DNA of 64,000 bases from assembly GCA_010909165.1 (NCBI GenBank), contig MU008175.1:1045370-1109369 (forward strand). The letters are read 5' to 3'. The translations under genes were made by a program, and so were the position numbers. Numbering within the stretch: the first letter of the stretch is position 1; every line of letters starts with the position of its first letter. The notes under the pieces are model-generated. The model worked only from the letters and a program-made list of their open reading frames with translations. It was not told the origin of the DNA and did not search any database. The DNA comes from Anthoceros angustus. Taxonomy: Eukaryota > Plantae > Anthocerotophyta. Positions 24,501 through 34,498 of the stretch are shown piece after piece.

Positions 24501-25313
24501 GCGTGTGCGAATGCCGGAGCCCTTGATCAGGGGAAGCAGCTTCATGTCGAGATACAGGAGAGGACATTAGAAGCTTCTGGGCTTATCGGCAACTGTCTAG
24601 TGGACATGTATGCAAAATGTGGCAGCCTAGAAGATGCGTGCAGTACCTTTAGTAGGTTGGTCACAAAGGATGTGGTGACATGGACTGCCATGATCTCGGG
24701 ATATGCCCAGCACGGGTACAGTCAAGAAGCGGTGGACTGCTATGAGAGAATGCAATTGGCCGGTATTAAGCCAGATGGGGTCACATTCCTCTCCCTTCTC
24801 TCCGCATGTACTCATGCTGGCCTCGTCGTTAAAGGTGTGGAGTACTTCGAATCCATGGGCAGAGATTATGGGATCTCTCCACAGACTGAGCACTACGTCT
24901 GCATGATAGACCTGTTTGGACGTGCCGGATGCTTCACAATGGTAGAAGACTTGTTGTTCAGAATGCCAATGCAGCCTAATGTGACTATGTGGTTGTGTTT
25001 ACTGGGTGCCTGTCGGAAGCATGGCAATGTAGTACTGGGAGAACTGGCCTTCAAAGGCGCAGTTCATCTAGAGCCACAGCATTCTGCTGCATATGTGCTG
25101 ATGTCCCAAATCTATGCTGACGCTGGCCTTCAGGACCGAGCAATGGAGGTTCATACACTGCGACAGGAGCGGGGTGCATGGAAGCAGCCTGGCCAGAGCT
25201 GGATTGAGTGTAACCAAGAAGTTTATTCGTTTGCAGTAGGAGATTGCCAGCATCCGGAGCATAAAGAATTGTATGGTCTATTAAGAGAGGTGAGCAAACA
25301 ACTGAAGCTGTAA
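21543..25313 (+). CDS. PLS-class PPR protein, E+ type, single exon (PPR-D)
   Basis: 1256-aa ORF starting MRKGGQLFLWSRCRHLPSS, with 9 S motifs, E1/E2, KQPGQSWIE and an E+ tail. Confidence 0.96.
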   Translation: MRKGGQLFLWSRCRHLPSSEGVGLGRATAEGSHCRVVKDDGYLGDAVEALGFLVEQRLYVSVSLFCDVLRRCIQQKDLDLGRRVHALTGNSGYESSTLLANYVIRMYASRGRVQEAAQVFSKLVAPDAFVWLSIILAHVEHKRPAQAVKLYGQMRESGADADSHVYGAVLKACASTADLVSGKQVHADLLRRAVQPNVYVANCLVDMYAKCGSLEDARKVFDSLPTKDVVSWTAMIAGYAEHGLGQEALALYALMQQDGIIADRITFSCLLKACAGVGALSEGRKLHYQIQGQGLEGDSFIGSSLVHMYAKCGSLEYAREVFDRLVTRDVVTWTAMIAGYAQHGRFEESLGIYASMQEEGMTAANHVTLVWLLKACAELGALHQGKELHAQVQERDLEADVVIGNCLVDMYAKCGSLEDARQVFDRLPTKDVVTWTAMIAGYAQHGLGNKSLSLYASMRHEGITPADYVTYACLLGACASTGALRQGKELHAQIQERGLEAYMVVCNSLVDMYAKCGSLEDARRVFDKLPQRDVVTWNTMFAGYAQDGLGEEALALHERMEEDCITEADHVTFACLLKACAGLVALPEGKELHSQIRHRGLQDNLVIGNCLIDMYAKCGCLEDARDVFDKLPRKDLVTWTAMIGGYAEQGLGEEAISLYTRMQQEGMTSADCVTLACVLRACASIGALHKGKQLHSEIEDKGLKADIVVCNALIDMYAKCGSLEDARKLFDDLSTKDVVSWNTMIAGYTQHGFGQESLALYARMLHDGNVSPNHVTYVCLLKACTNIGALHLGKEILSHIRERKLDEDVGIGNCLVDMFAKCGIVDDARMVFDNLPVKDVRTWNALLAGYNQSGLGEESLSLYARMQQEDSISADQITYVCILKACGSIGALLQGKKVHGKIKERKMESDVVIGNCLVDMYARCGSIEDARRVFDRLPTRDVVSWTTMIAGYVEHRSSQEALTLYGRMQQENPTPPDQATYASLLKACANAGALDQGKQLHVEIQERTLEASGLIGNCLVDMYAKCGSLEDACSTFSRLVTKDVVTWTAMISGYAQHGYSQEAVDCYERMQLAGIKPDGVTFLSLLSACTHAGLVVKGVEYFESMGRDYGISPQTEHYVCMIDLFGRAGCFTMVEDLLFRMPMQPNVTMWLCLLGACRKHGNVVLGELAFKGAVHLEPQHSAAYVLMSQIYADAGLQDRAMEVHTLRQERGAWKQPGQSWIECNQEVYSFAVGDCQHPEHKELYGLLREVSKQLKL

Positions 25314-25710
25314 ATGTTCATAGCTCTTAGTCAATCCTTTCATCACTTAAGCTGGCTGCAAATATTTGAAGAGCGAGCAAACCAGAATATGATAGATCCT
25401 ATGGTCTATGCAACTCATGGGTGTGTTAGGGTTGTCGCTTCCATACAGTAATGCACAGCGCTACTCATGGCAAGTTGTCTCCTCCAGCAGAGCCTGCCAT
25501 TTGCTTCAAAGGTAAATTCCATGATGTCGTAATGTCGTACACATGGGATACTTGTGGACAGCTATCAGATATGGAAGTGGCTAGTTAGTCCAGGAGCTGG
25601 GCGAGCATAGATCAGTAGGCAGTTACTCTGCTGAACCACTCTAAAATGATTGCCCACTTCCGATGTCGGGTTTCCGATCTCAAAGGGATGCCTGCAATGT
25701 GTCACCACTA

Positions 25711-28700
25711 TCACCCTGCCTGTCTCAGCTTCAATTCCACCGTTTCTAAAACATCACACAGTTCCATATGCTGTGGGTGCTCGCCTCCAACCACAAACCT
25801 GTGAACTTCCTGCTCATGCTCAATCCAGGTCTGCCCAGGGTTCTTCCATGCACCTTTGTTTTGCCTTAATGCCTGCAACTCCACTGCCCGATTCATGAAG
25901 CCGGCATCAGCATAAATCTGGGACATGAGCACATACGCCGCAGGGTGTTTCGGATCTAGTTGCAGCGCATTGTAGAAAGCCCGCTCTCCCAAAGGTACGT
26001 TGCCATACTTACGACAGGCACCCAGCAATGACAACCACATGGCTAGAACAGGCTGCATTGGCATTGTTGACAAAAAACGTTCAACCATGTTGAAGCGCCC
26101 AGCACGCCCAAATAGATCTATCACAGTGACGTAGTGTTCAATGCTTGGCGCAATGTCATGATCTCTGCCCATTGATTCAAAAAACTCTACAGCATTGTCC
26201 ACAAAGCCAGCGTGACTGCATGCAGAGAGAAGTGACAGAAATGTGACTTCGTTGGGCTTCACACCTACCAGCCTCATTTTGTCATAATAGTGGAGAGCTT
26301 CCTCACCGCAGCCATGCTGTGCACAACCTGCAATCATGGCATTCCACGATACTACATCTCTGGCAGACAATCTTTCAAAGACGCTACAAGCATCTTCAAA
26401 ACTCCCACATTTGGCATACATGTCCACCAGGCAGTTGCCGATAAACACATCAACTTCCATTCCCCTGCCCTGAATCTGGCGATGGATCTCCTTCCCCTGC
26501 ACTAACGCTCCAATGCTTGCACATGCTTTCAGAGCACAGGTGTATGTAATTGGATCAGGCGGAGCGTTGTTCTCATGCTCCATAATGGCATAGAGCGCAA
26601 GGCATTCTTCGCCCAGCCCATGCTGTGAATATCCTGCCAGCATTACATTCCATGTCACTACATCTTTCCTGGGAAGCTTGTCAAACACGGTCCGAGCATC
26701 CTCCAGGCTGCCACATTTTGCATACATGTCCACCAGTGAGTTGCTAATAACGACGTCAGCATCTAGTCCCTTTTCCTGAATCTGAGAGTGGAGCTCCTTC
26801 CCCTCATGTAAAGCTCCAATGCTGGCGCATGCCTTCAAGACGTTCACAAATGTAACCTGATCAGCTGGAGTAATGCCCTGTAGTTGCATATTTTTGTACA
26901 AGGCAAGACATTCTTGACCAAGACCCTGCCGAGCATATCCTGAAAGCATCATGTTCCACGACCTCACATCTCTATTTGGCAACATGTCGAACACTCTTCG
27001 AGCATCCTCCATACTGCCACACTTTGCATACATGTCCACCAGGCCATCACCAATTAGTGCATCAGATTCTAACCCTAGCCCCTGAATATGCAAGTGCAGT
27101 TCCTTACCCGGATGCAAAGCCCCAACACCGGCACATGCTTTCAGCAGACTGGCAAATGTGACAGGGTCAGCAGAAGTGATTCCCTCCTTTCGCATCTGCG
27201 CGTAGAGGGAGAGGGCTTCCTGACCAAGCTCATGCTGGGCATACCCTGTGAGAATAGCATTCCAAGTCACCACATCCTTCATGGGTAGATTGTCAAACAC
27301 TCTGCGAGCATCCTCTAAGCTCGCGCACTTTGAATACATGTCAATGAGAGAATTGCCCAGTATAACATCATCAGAGAGTCCAGCTTCCTGGATTTGCAAG
27401 TGGAGCTCCTTGCCCTCAAGTAAAGCTCCAATGGCGCCACATGCTTTCAGAAGGCACACAAATGTTACCACATTCCCTGAAACCATGCCTTCCTCTTGCA
27501 TAACCGCATAAAGACTTAGACATTCTCGACCAAGTCCTTGCTGGACATATCCTGAAAGCATTGCATTCCATGACACTACATCTCTTGTGGGAATTCTGTC
27601 AAAAACACTGCGGGCATCCACTAAACTCCCACATTTCGAATACATATCCACCAAACAGTTGCAAATAACCACATCATGAACTAAACCTTTGCTCTGAATC
27701 TGAGAATGAAGCTCTTTACCCGCATTCAGTGCTTCAACGCTGGCACAAGCTTTCAAGAGGCAGGCAAAGGTTACAACATCAGCTGGCATGATGCCCTGCT
27801 CTTGCATCTCTGTATACAGTGCAAGAGCTTCTTGACCGAGCCCATGCTGGGAATACCCAGTAATCATGGCATTCCATGTCACAACATCCTTAGTCCACAA
27901 AGTATCAAACACTCTGCGTGCATCCTCCAAACTGCCGCATTTTGCATACATGTCAACCAGGCAGTTGCTAATAACCACATCTGCCTCAAGACCACTTTCC
28001 TGAAGTTGATGGTGAAGCTGCCTGCCATGATGTAAAGCTCCCATGCTGGCACACGCCTTGAGGAGACACAAGAATGTCACCTGATTGGCTGGTGTGATAC
28101 CCTCCTCTTGCATACGTTCATACAACATAATAGACTCTCGACCAAGCCCATGCTGAGCATAACCGTCAATCATGGCAGTCCACGTTACCACATCCTTCCT
28201 AGCCATTGCATCAAAGACTTTGCGAGCATCCCCTACGCTGCCGCACTTTGCATACATGTCCACAAGGGAGTTGCCGACAAGAACATTGATTGCCAGCCCC
28301 TTTCCCTGCATCTGTGCATGAAGCTCCTTACCTTCATGTAGAGCCCCAACACTTGCACAGGCTTTTAACAGGCAGGCATATGTCACATGGTCAGCTGCAG
28401 TGTTGCTATCCTTCTGCATCTTTTCATACAACGAAAGCGCCTCTTGACTGAGCCCATGCTCAGCGTACCCAGCAATCATAACAGTCCACGTCACCTTATC
28501 TCTTGTTGGCAACCCGTCAAACAATCTACGGGCATCCTCTAAGCTTCCACACTTGGCGTACATGTCCACCAGGCAGTTGCCAATTACCATCTCAGCTTCC
28601 AATCCACGAAGCTGAATCTGGGAATGCAGCTGCTTTCCCTGATCTAACGCTCCAATGCTGGTGCAAGCTTTCAGCAGGCAGGCAAATGTGAAATGATCAG

Positions 28701-29658
28701 CTAAAGTGATTCCCTCTGATTGCATCGTAGAATAGAGATCAAGCGCTTCTTGACCAAGGCCATGTCGGGCATATCCTGTGATCATGGCATTCCACGTCAC
28801 AACATTTTTTGTGGGCATACAGTCAAACAAGTCTCGAGCATACTCTAAGTTCCCAAATTTTGCATATCCAGCAACGAGTGCAGTCCAGGTAACTACATCT
28901 CTTTTGGCCAATGCATCGAACACAGTGCGAGCATCCTCCAAACTGCCGCATTTCACATACATGTCAACTAGACAGTTTCCGAGCAACACACTGGGTTCCA
29001 CCCCAGTCCGCAAAATATCAGCATGGACTTGCTTGCCTGACGCCAAGTCTGCTGTCCTAGAACATGCTTTCAGTACGGACAGGAATGTGGACATGCGTGG
29101 CCTGACATTTGACTCCACCATCTGCCGGTACAACGCAATAGCATGCTTAGCCTGTCCACCCTCAGCATGTGCCACAATCATGGAGCACCACACTGAGGCC
29201 CTTGGAACCGGGACTTTGGTGAACACCTGTGCAGCTTCTTGCACTCTCCCCAGGCATCCGTACAGGCGAATGAAGTTGCTGGCCAAATCCGTATCACATT
29301 CATACCCAATCGCAAGCGCATGGGCATGAAGACGCCTGCCAAGCACCAAATCCTTCGCTGCAATGCACCCCTTAAGCACGGCACATAAGAGGGATGCAGA
29401 GACATAATATCCTCGCTCCAGCAGCAGATCCAAGGCGTCGACATACAAACTGGCCTGTCCATGTGAGCCCCTACTTTCATCCGCCCCTGCCTCCGCTTCA
29501 TGCTCTGCCAGCCTGCAAGGCTGAGTAGGAACTGGGTCCAGGAGCCTGCTTTCGGGCCTGCATCGCGCAGATGCGTGTCTCAACGTTGACAAACGTCTGG
29601 ACCACTGCTCCAAGGCTTTGCGGGATCTGGGCTGGCCTCCGTTCCCGACCCAGCTCAT
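25711..29658 (-). CDS. PLS-class PPR protein, E+ type, single exon (PPR-E); first ATG at 29658
   Basis: The ORF track starts at a GTG (29733); the first ATG gives MSWVGNGGQPRSRKALEQWSRRLST. It has 9 S motifs plus one SS-type motif (YAKFGNLEYARDLFD), E1/E2, KNPGQTWIE and an E+ tail. Confidence 0.95.
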   Translation of the reverse strand: MSWVGNGGQPRSRKALEQWSRRLSTLRHASARCRPESRLLDPVPTQPCRLAEHEAEAGADESRGSHGQASLYVDALDLLLERGYYVSASLLCAVLKGCIAAKDLVLGRRLHAHALAIGYECDTDLASNFIRLYGCLGRVQEAAQVFTKVPVPRASVWCSMIVAHAEGGQAKHAIALYRQMVESNVRPRMSTFLSVLKACSRTADLASGKQVHADILRTGVEPSVLLGNCLVDMYVKCGSLEDARTVFDALAKRDVVTWTALVAGYAKFGNLEYARDLFDCMPTKNVVTWNAMITGYARHGLGQEALDLYSTMQSEGITLADHFTFACLLKACTSIGALDQGKQLHSQIQLRGLEAEMVIGNCLVDMYAKCGSLEDARRLFDGLPTRDKVTWTVMIAGYAEHGLSQEALSLYEKMQKDSNTAADHVTYACLLKACASVGALHEGKELHAQMQGKGLAINVLVGNSLVDMYAKCGSVGDARKVFDAMARKDVVTWTAMIDGYAQHGLGRESIMLYERMQEEGITPANQVTFLCLLKACASMGALHHGRQLHHQLQESGLEADVVISNCLVDMYAKCGSLEDARRVFDTLWTKDVVTWNAMITGYSQHGLGQEALALYTEMQEQGIMPADVVTFACLLKACASVEALNAGKELHSQIQSKGLVHDVVICNCLVDMYSKCGSLVDARSVFDRIPTRDVVSWNAMLSGYVQQGLGRECLSLYAVMQEEGMVSGNVVTFVCLLKACGAIGALLEGKELHLQIQEAGLSDDVILGNSLIDMYSKCASLEDARRVFDNLPMKDVVTWNAILTGYAQHELGQEALSLYAQMRKEGITSADPVTFASLLKACAGVGALHPGKELHLHIQGLGLESDALIGDGLVDMYAKCGSMEDARRVFDMLPNRDVRSWNMMLSGYARQGLGQECLALYKNMQLQGITPADQVTFVNVLKACASIGALHEGKELHSQIQEKGLDADVVISNSLVDMYAKCGSLEDARTVFDKLPRKDVVTWNVMLAGYSQHGLGEECLALYAIMEHENNAPPDPITYTCALKACASIGALVQGKEIHRQIQGRGMEVDVFIGNCLVDMYAKCGSFEDACSVFERLSARDVVSWNAMIAGCAQHGCGEEALHYYDKMRLVGVKPNEVTFLSLLSACSHAGFVDNAVEFFESMGRDHDIAPSIEHYVTVIDLFGRAGRFNMVERFLSTMPMQPVLAMWLSLLGACRKYGNVPLGERAFYNALQLDPKHPAAYVLMSQIYADAGFMNRAVELQALRQNKGAWKNPGQTWIEHEQEVHRFVVGGEHPQHMELCDVLETVELKLRQAG

Positions 29659-29774
29659 CTGTAGCACATTCTTGTGTCGCTGAACCTCAGATATATATGT
29701 AACTAGGTCCACATATTCTGTAACTCTCCACACCCAGTTCCCTGAATGTTGTGTTGCAGCTGTGGGACAGCGCC

Positions 29775-32700
29775 ATGCCGACGGTCAGCGTCGGACGGGA
29801 CCGGCTTTTTGCCGCCATCGGGAAGCATTACAGTGAGGACAGGACGTGCAGCAGATTGATTTGCCCGACTTCGTTTTGCAGGCGTGGAGTTGCATGCTAG
29901 CTCCGTCACTGCCATCGACTGACTCTCCTTGGAACGGATTGTTGCTGTGTAGCGGAGAAGGAGTTCGATGAGCTATGCTTCGAGTACGGAATTGAGCTCG
30001 ACGAAGTGGTAGGAGCTCAGACACGCATCAGAGAGATTGTGGTCAAGTTAGAGAAGTCCACTTCCTTGATTCCAAGCTTCTGTTGTGCAGACAACTGAGG
30101 AGGCTATAGTTCGGAAAGAAAAGCATTTGGGTACGACAGCTGCTGAGGGGGAGGAGGTGATCTACAAGATTGATGTGCCGGCTAATCGGTAGGTTTGATT
30201 TTAGGCAATGTATCTACCTGGTCTAGAAGGGACGTTCCTGCTTTTTGATGCTATGCATGAATATTTAGGTACGATCTCTTGTGCCTGGAAGGCATTGCCC
30301 GAGCTCTGCGGATCTTCACTGGGAAAGAAGGTGTTCCCAAATTCCGAGTCGCCAGCGGCACCAACCATGCCATCCACAAAATGGTTGTCAAACCGGAGGT
30401 ATTCAGCACTTCGTGCTACGCCGCTTGAGCTCATGTTTTTCCAACAAATCGTGGATCTGTGTTGGGATCTGACTATGAAACAGCTGGTTTCTTTGCAACA
30501 GCATGAGGTCAGCTGATGACCTGTAACGTACTGTTTACAGACTGCATCCATCAGACCGTTTGTGGTGTGTGCTGTCTTGAGGGGAGTGACTTTCGACCAA
30601 GCACGATACAACAGTTTTATTGACCTTCAGGACAAGCTACATCAAAATCTCTGCAGGTTTGTGGAGGATATTGTACTTTACACTTGCTTCTCACCTTCTA
30701 GTTTACCCGGCAGATTGAGCGTTTTGGTATTTGCAGGAGAAGAACACTAGTGGCTATAGGGACTCATGATCTCGACACTGTACAAGGCCCTTTCACTTAT
30801 GAGGTCAGGATCAAACTATTGAAATTAGCTCTGCTGCTTCTGTGTCGTCTTTATTTTGTATGTCATAACTGGAAAGTCCTCTGTCATCATTGAAACGTAA
30901 TGTGCAGGCTTTGAGTCCCCAAGAGATCAAATTTGTTCCTCTGAAGCAGGTCAGCATCGCCTTGCAAAATGTGCTGCTCAGATCCTTCCTGAAAGTTTTT
31001 GCAGAACTCAAACACCCCTGTGATGGCTGCAGAAGAAGGAGTTCCGTGCTGACGACCTATTGAAGTTCTATCAGGTGTGGCTGCTGGGTCATGGAGGCAC
31101 CCTACCAGGGGCATAACAAAGCCTTCGCAAGCTATGATCAGATGCTGTGGCATTGCATAACAACATCGTATTGATTATCAAGTCTCTTTGCTATGACAGT
31201 CTGACTTGAAGTTGAAAAAATTCCTTCATATCATTGAGAATTCTCCAGTGTACCCTGTTATATACGACAGCCAAAGGTGATAGCCATAAAGCATATGATG
31301 TCGCAGCTATAGCTGGTTTGCCTGACAAAATAGTTACGCCTTTCGTGTGGGTTGTAGGACTGTGCTGTCATTGCCTCCGATTATTAATGGTTCACATTCT
31401 GCCATCAAACTGGCCACGAAGAATGTGTTTATTGAATGCACTGCAACAGATTTGACAAAGGCGAAAATTGTGCTTAACACAGTGGTACGTCTAAACCGGC
31501 CTGTTGCAAAATGCAGGAGTCGCAGCTCTTTGAAAGTAAGGTGTCTGGTGGCTAACTCCTGCTACTGTCTGTGAAGGTTACCATGTTCTCCCAGTATTGC
31601 TCGAATAAATTTGAAGTTGAGCCAGTTGAAGTTGTCTCACCAAACGGGGAATCCATTGTCTATCCGTGTTTGGATGTCCGCTCCATGGAAGTTGATCTGC
31701 ACTATATCAAACAACGGATTGGGATTTCTATTGAAGCTGAACAGGTGAAACTGTCTGTCCTGTTTATGAGCCAAGAGAGTCTGGGTACCCTTTTAGTATG
31801 TGATTGGCTAACCTGAATGCCGGTCAGCAGGTGGTTGATCTGCTCAATAGAATGCAACTTCCATCTAGTACTGAGGATAGCAAAGTGCAAGACAAGATAA
31901 GAGTGTCAGTTCCACCAACGAGAAGTGATGTTTTACATCCCTGTGATGTAGCGGAGGTATGCCTTTCTAACAGTACTTTGAGTCACTTGACATTTATATA
32001 CGCAAGTAAAGTGTTTAACATGCTACTGTGCACAAATTTGACAGGATGTGGCGATTGCATATGGGTACAACAATCTCGCCAAAACAGTGCCAAAATCTCA
32101 CACACAAGGCAAGCAACAGCCTGTAAACCAGTTTTGTGACCTACTTAGGGCGGAGGTAAACTTCGGATTTCACTGCAAAGATTCTTACTAGTTTGTATTT
32201 TCACAGTGAGATGCACATGCATCACATACACTCGTTATGCTGTCCAGGTAGCCAATGCTGGGTTTACTGAAATACTGACTTTCATCTTGGGGTCGTATGA
32301 CGAGAACTTCACCTTTGTAAACAAAAAAGATGATCACCACACTGCAGTGGTTGTGGGAAACCCACGTACATCTGAATTCGAGGTAACAGTTGGATGTTGC
32401 ACTATTTGTCTCTTTCTGAAGATTACAATTGTTCAAAGGTATGTCAGACTCTCACACTCATAGACGTGATTAGAATGTGTAAAGGGTGTCTTTTGTCTTT
32501 CTGCAGGTTGTACGCCCTAGTCTTCTTGCTGGAATGTTGAAGACTCTGGGTCACAATAAGGACGTGCCTCGTCCCGTGAAGGTATGACACACTCTGCCTT
32601 TGCTACCTTTTGTCATGCCCTGACAAAAGAAGATGGTGCTTTTCCACCCTATGGATGAACTGATATGACCCTCCAAACCTGTTGACGCAGCTTTTTGAGA

Positions 32701-33438
32701 TATCTGATGTGGTGATACTGGATAGTGAGAATGAGGTTGGTGCAGCCAATCATCGGCATCTGGCTGCATTGAATTGCAACATTACTTCTGGATTTGAGGT
32801 TTTTTGCCATCCTTCCTTTTTTTCAATGGTGTCCTGTGCAATCTTGCACAATCAATTCCTTCGTGAACGACTAACCAAGATTCGAATTTGGGCTGGTCCA
32901 CGTGGACAAGTTGGAGCTTAGAGTGATGCCGACGTTGTGCAGGTCATTCACGGTTTGCTGGATCGCGTGATGGAAGTTGTGCCGGTGAAACGGGTTGATG
33001 TGAGCGACAAATCTGGATACTACTTAACTCCCTCTCATGTAAGATTCGATTACCATTGTTTCGTAGCCACTGCGTAAGTTTGTGTAGGCCAATGATTTAT
33101 GTGCATCTCTGATTGGCAGGAGCCAGAATTTTTTGAAGGTCGCCAAGCTGGTATAATTTGCCACGGAGTTAAAATTGGATCGTTTGGAATCATACACCCG
33201 CAGGTACAAATGGTTAGGCTAAGTGGTACATGACATATATGCATTTGGGATTGCTGAGCCCTGGGAAGCTGTTTCCGAATGGCTGCAAGATGCCTCGTAT
33301 GCTTGCCTCTTGTTCCGCTACCTTCTGCTAAGTTTGGATTTGTCTTCATCTTTGCAGGTTTTGCAAAACTTCAACATTCCTGATCCCTGCACGGCTTTGG
33401 AGCTGGACGTGGAGCAGTTATTGCGGTTGAGTGCATGA
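29775..33438 (+). CDS. FARSB: Cytosolic phenylalanyl-tRNA synthetase beta subunit, many short exons
   Basis: Motifs [40 protein letters not shown]|[57 protein letters not shown] and FGIIHPQ|[11 protein letters not shown] are all present in order. Confidence 0.96.
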
Positions 33439-33849
33439 TTTTGCAGGAAAAGTGTTGGACAGCGAAGAGGCAAGCGATTCATGTACCTATCGGACAGAGG
33501 AGAGTGATTTGTGCCATTCATATGGCAAAAAGTTTTGTACACGTTATTAGTGCCTACAAATGAAAATACAGCTGTCGCTAATCGTGGTGGATGCCTTGCG
33601 TTTTCCGCATCCCCTTCCTTTTTCAGCTTCAAGATTACCACATGATCCTTACACGTAAAGGTACCGAAGGACCTAGCGACTCCGGAAACGGAGCAGTTAC
33701 GGGGCTGGCTCCTCCGTCGACTGGGTCCGTTTGACGCCCCCATTACATGGTGACCGGTGCCGTTCTCTCCACCATGTTCAAGGTCAGGAAAACCAGGTGA
33801 AGGACTGGATATGATCGATCATCAAGGGTTGCGTGCATTTATACCGCAC

Positions 33850-34330
33850 TCAACCAACACTGGTTTATTCTGAAGTCCCTCACACATCATTCTTCTCTGT
33901 GGCCTATCTGTGAAAAATCTCTGCGAGCCTCCTGCAAGCTGCCTTACCTTCACGTCAGCTCCAGAGCCGTGTTCTGTACCTGGAAATGCAGTTCCGTTTG
34001 CTTGCCCTCGTACAAGGCTCCAACCAATACTATCGTGCTGCATTTTTTAAGAGGGAAGAACCATGATCCTCAACAGTCTGCTTGATGCCCTCTTGCAGCA
34101 TTAGAGCATTAGAATGAAACACAGTGAGATAATTCTGGACCAAGCACATGCTCACCATGTCCAGGGATTGATAGCAGTCCATGTCACCATGTCTCGTTTG
34201 GCAGTTTGTCAAAAACTCTGCGAGCATCATGAGGCTGCCGCGTTTTCGGTGTAGGACTGAGGAACACGCATCGGATGCTGATATACTTCTCGGCGATAGC
34301 CTGGTGGACACGCAGGAACGAGGAGAATAA
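33850..34330 (-). pseudogene. Decayed and partly inverted PPR fragments
   Basis: The minus strand reads GSLHDARRVFDKLP..DMVTWTA, MLQEGI and VGALYEGKQ..ELHFQVQ with frameshifts. The plus strand at ~34275-34325 reads DADILLGDSLVDT-QERG. Confidence 0.75.
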
Positions 34331-34498
34331 TCGATCTTTCAACTGTTCTAGGTTGTATCTGGTCGGGAGAATGGATGAGGACTGTGGCCCCAAATTGCAG
34401 GGCTGATGGCAAGCCTTTCGTTCTCCTGGGTCACGTCCCGAAGCCGTCCACACTAGACGAGGCTTGTGTTAGGCCGGTCCTAGCCGAACTCAGCACGG

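Noticed and set aside
10157-29501. Many 60-180 aa ORFs antisense or frame-shifted to the PPR genes, with recurring MSTRQLP-type motifs
   Set aside because: They are shadows of the repeated VDMY/GNCL codons on the coding strand, not independent genes.
29659-29733. GTG-initiated 25-aa extension of PPR-E in the ORF track
   Set aside because: A non-ATG start is unlikely in a plant nuclear gene, and it would leave only ~40 nt to the PheRS ATG.
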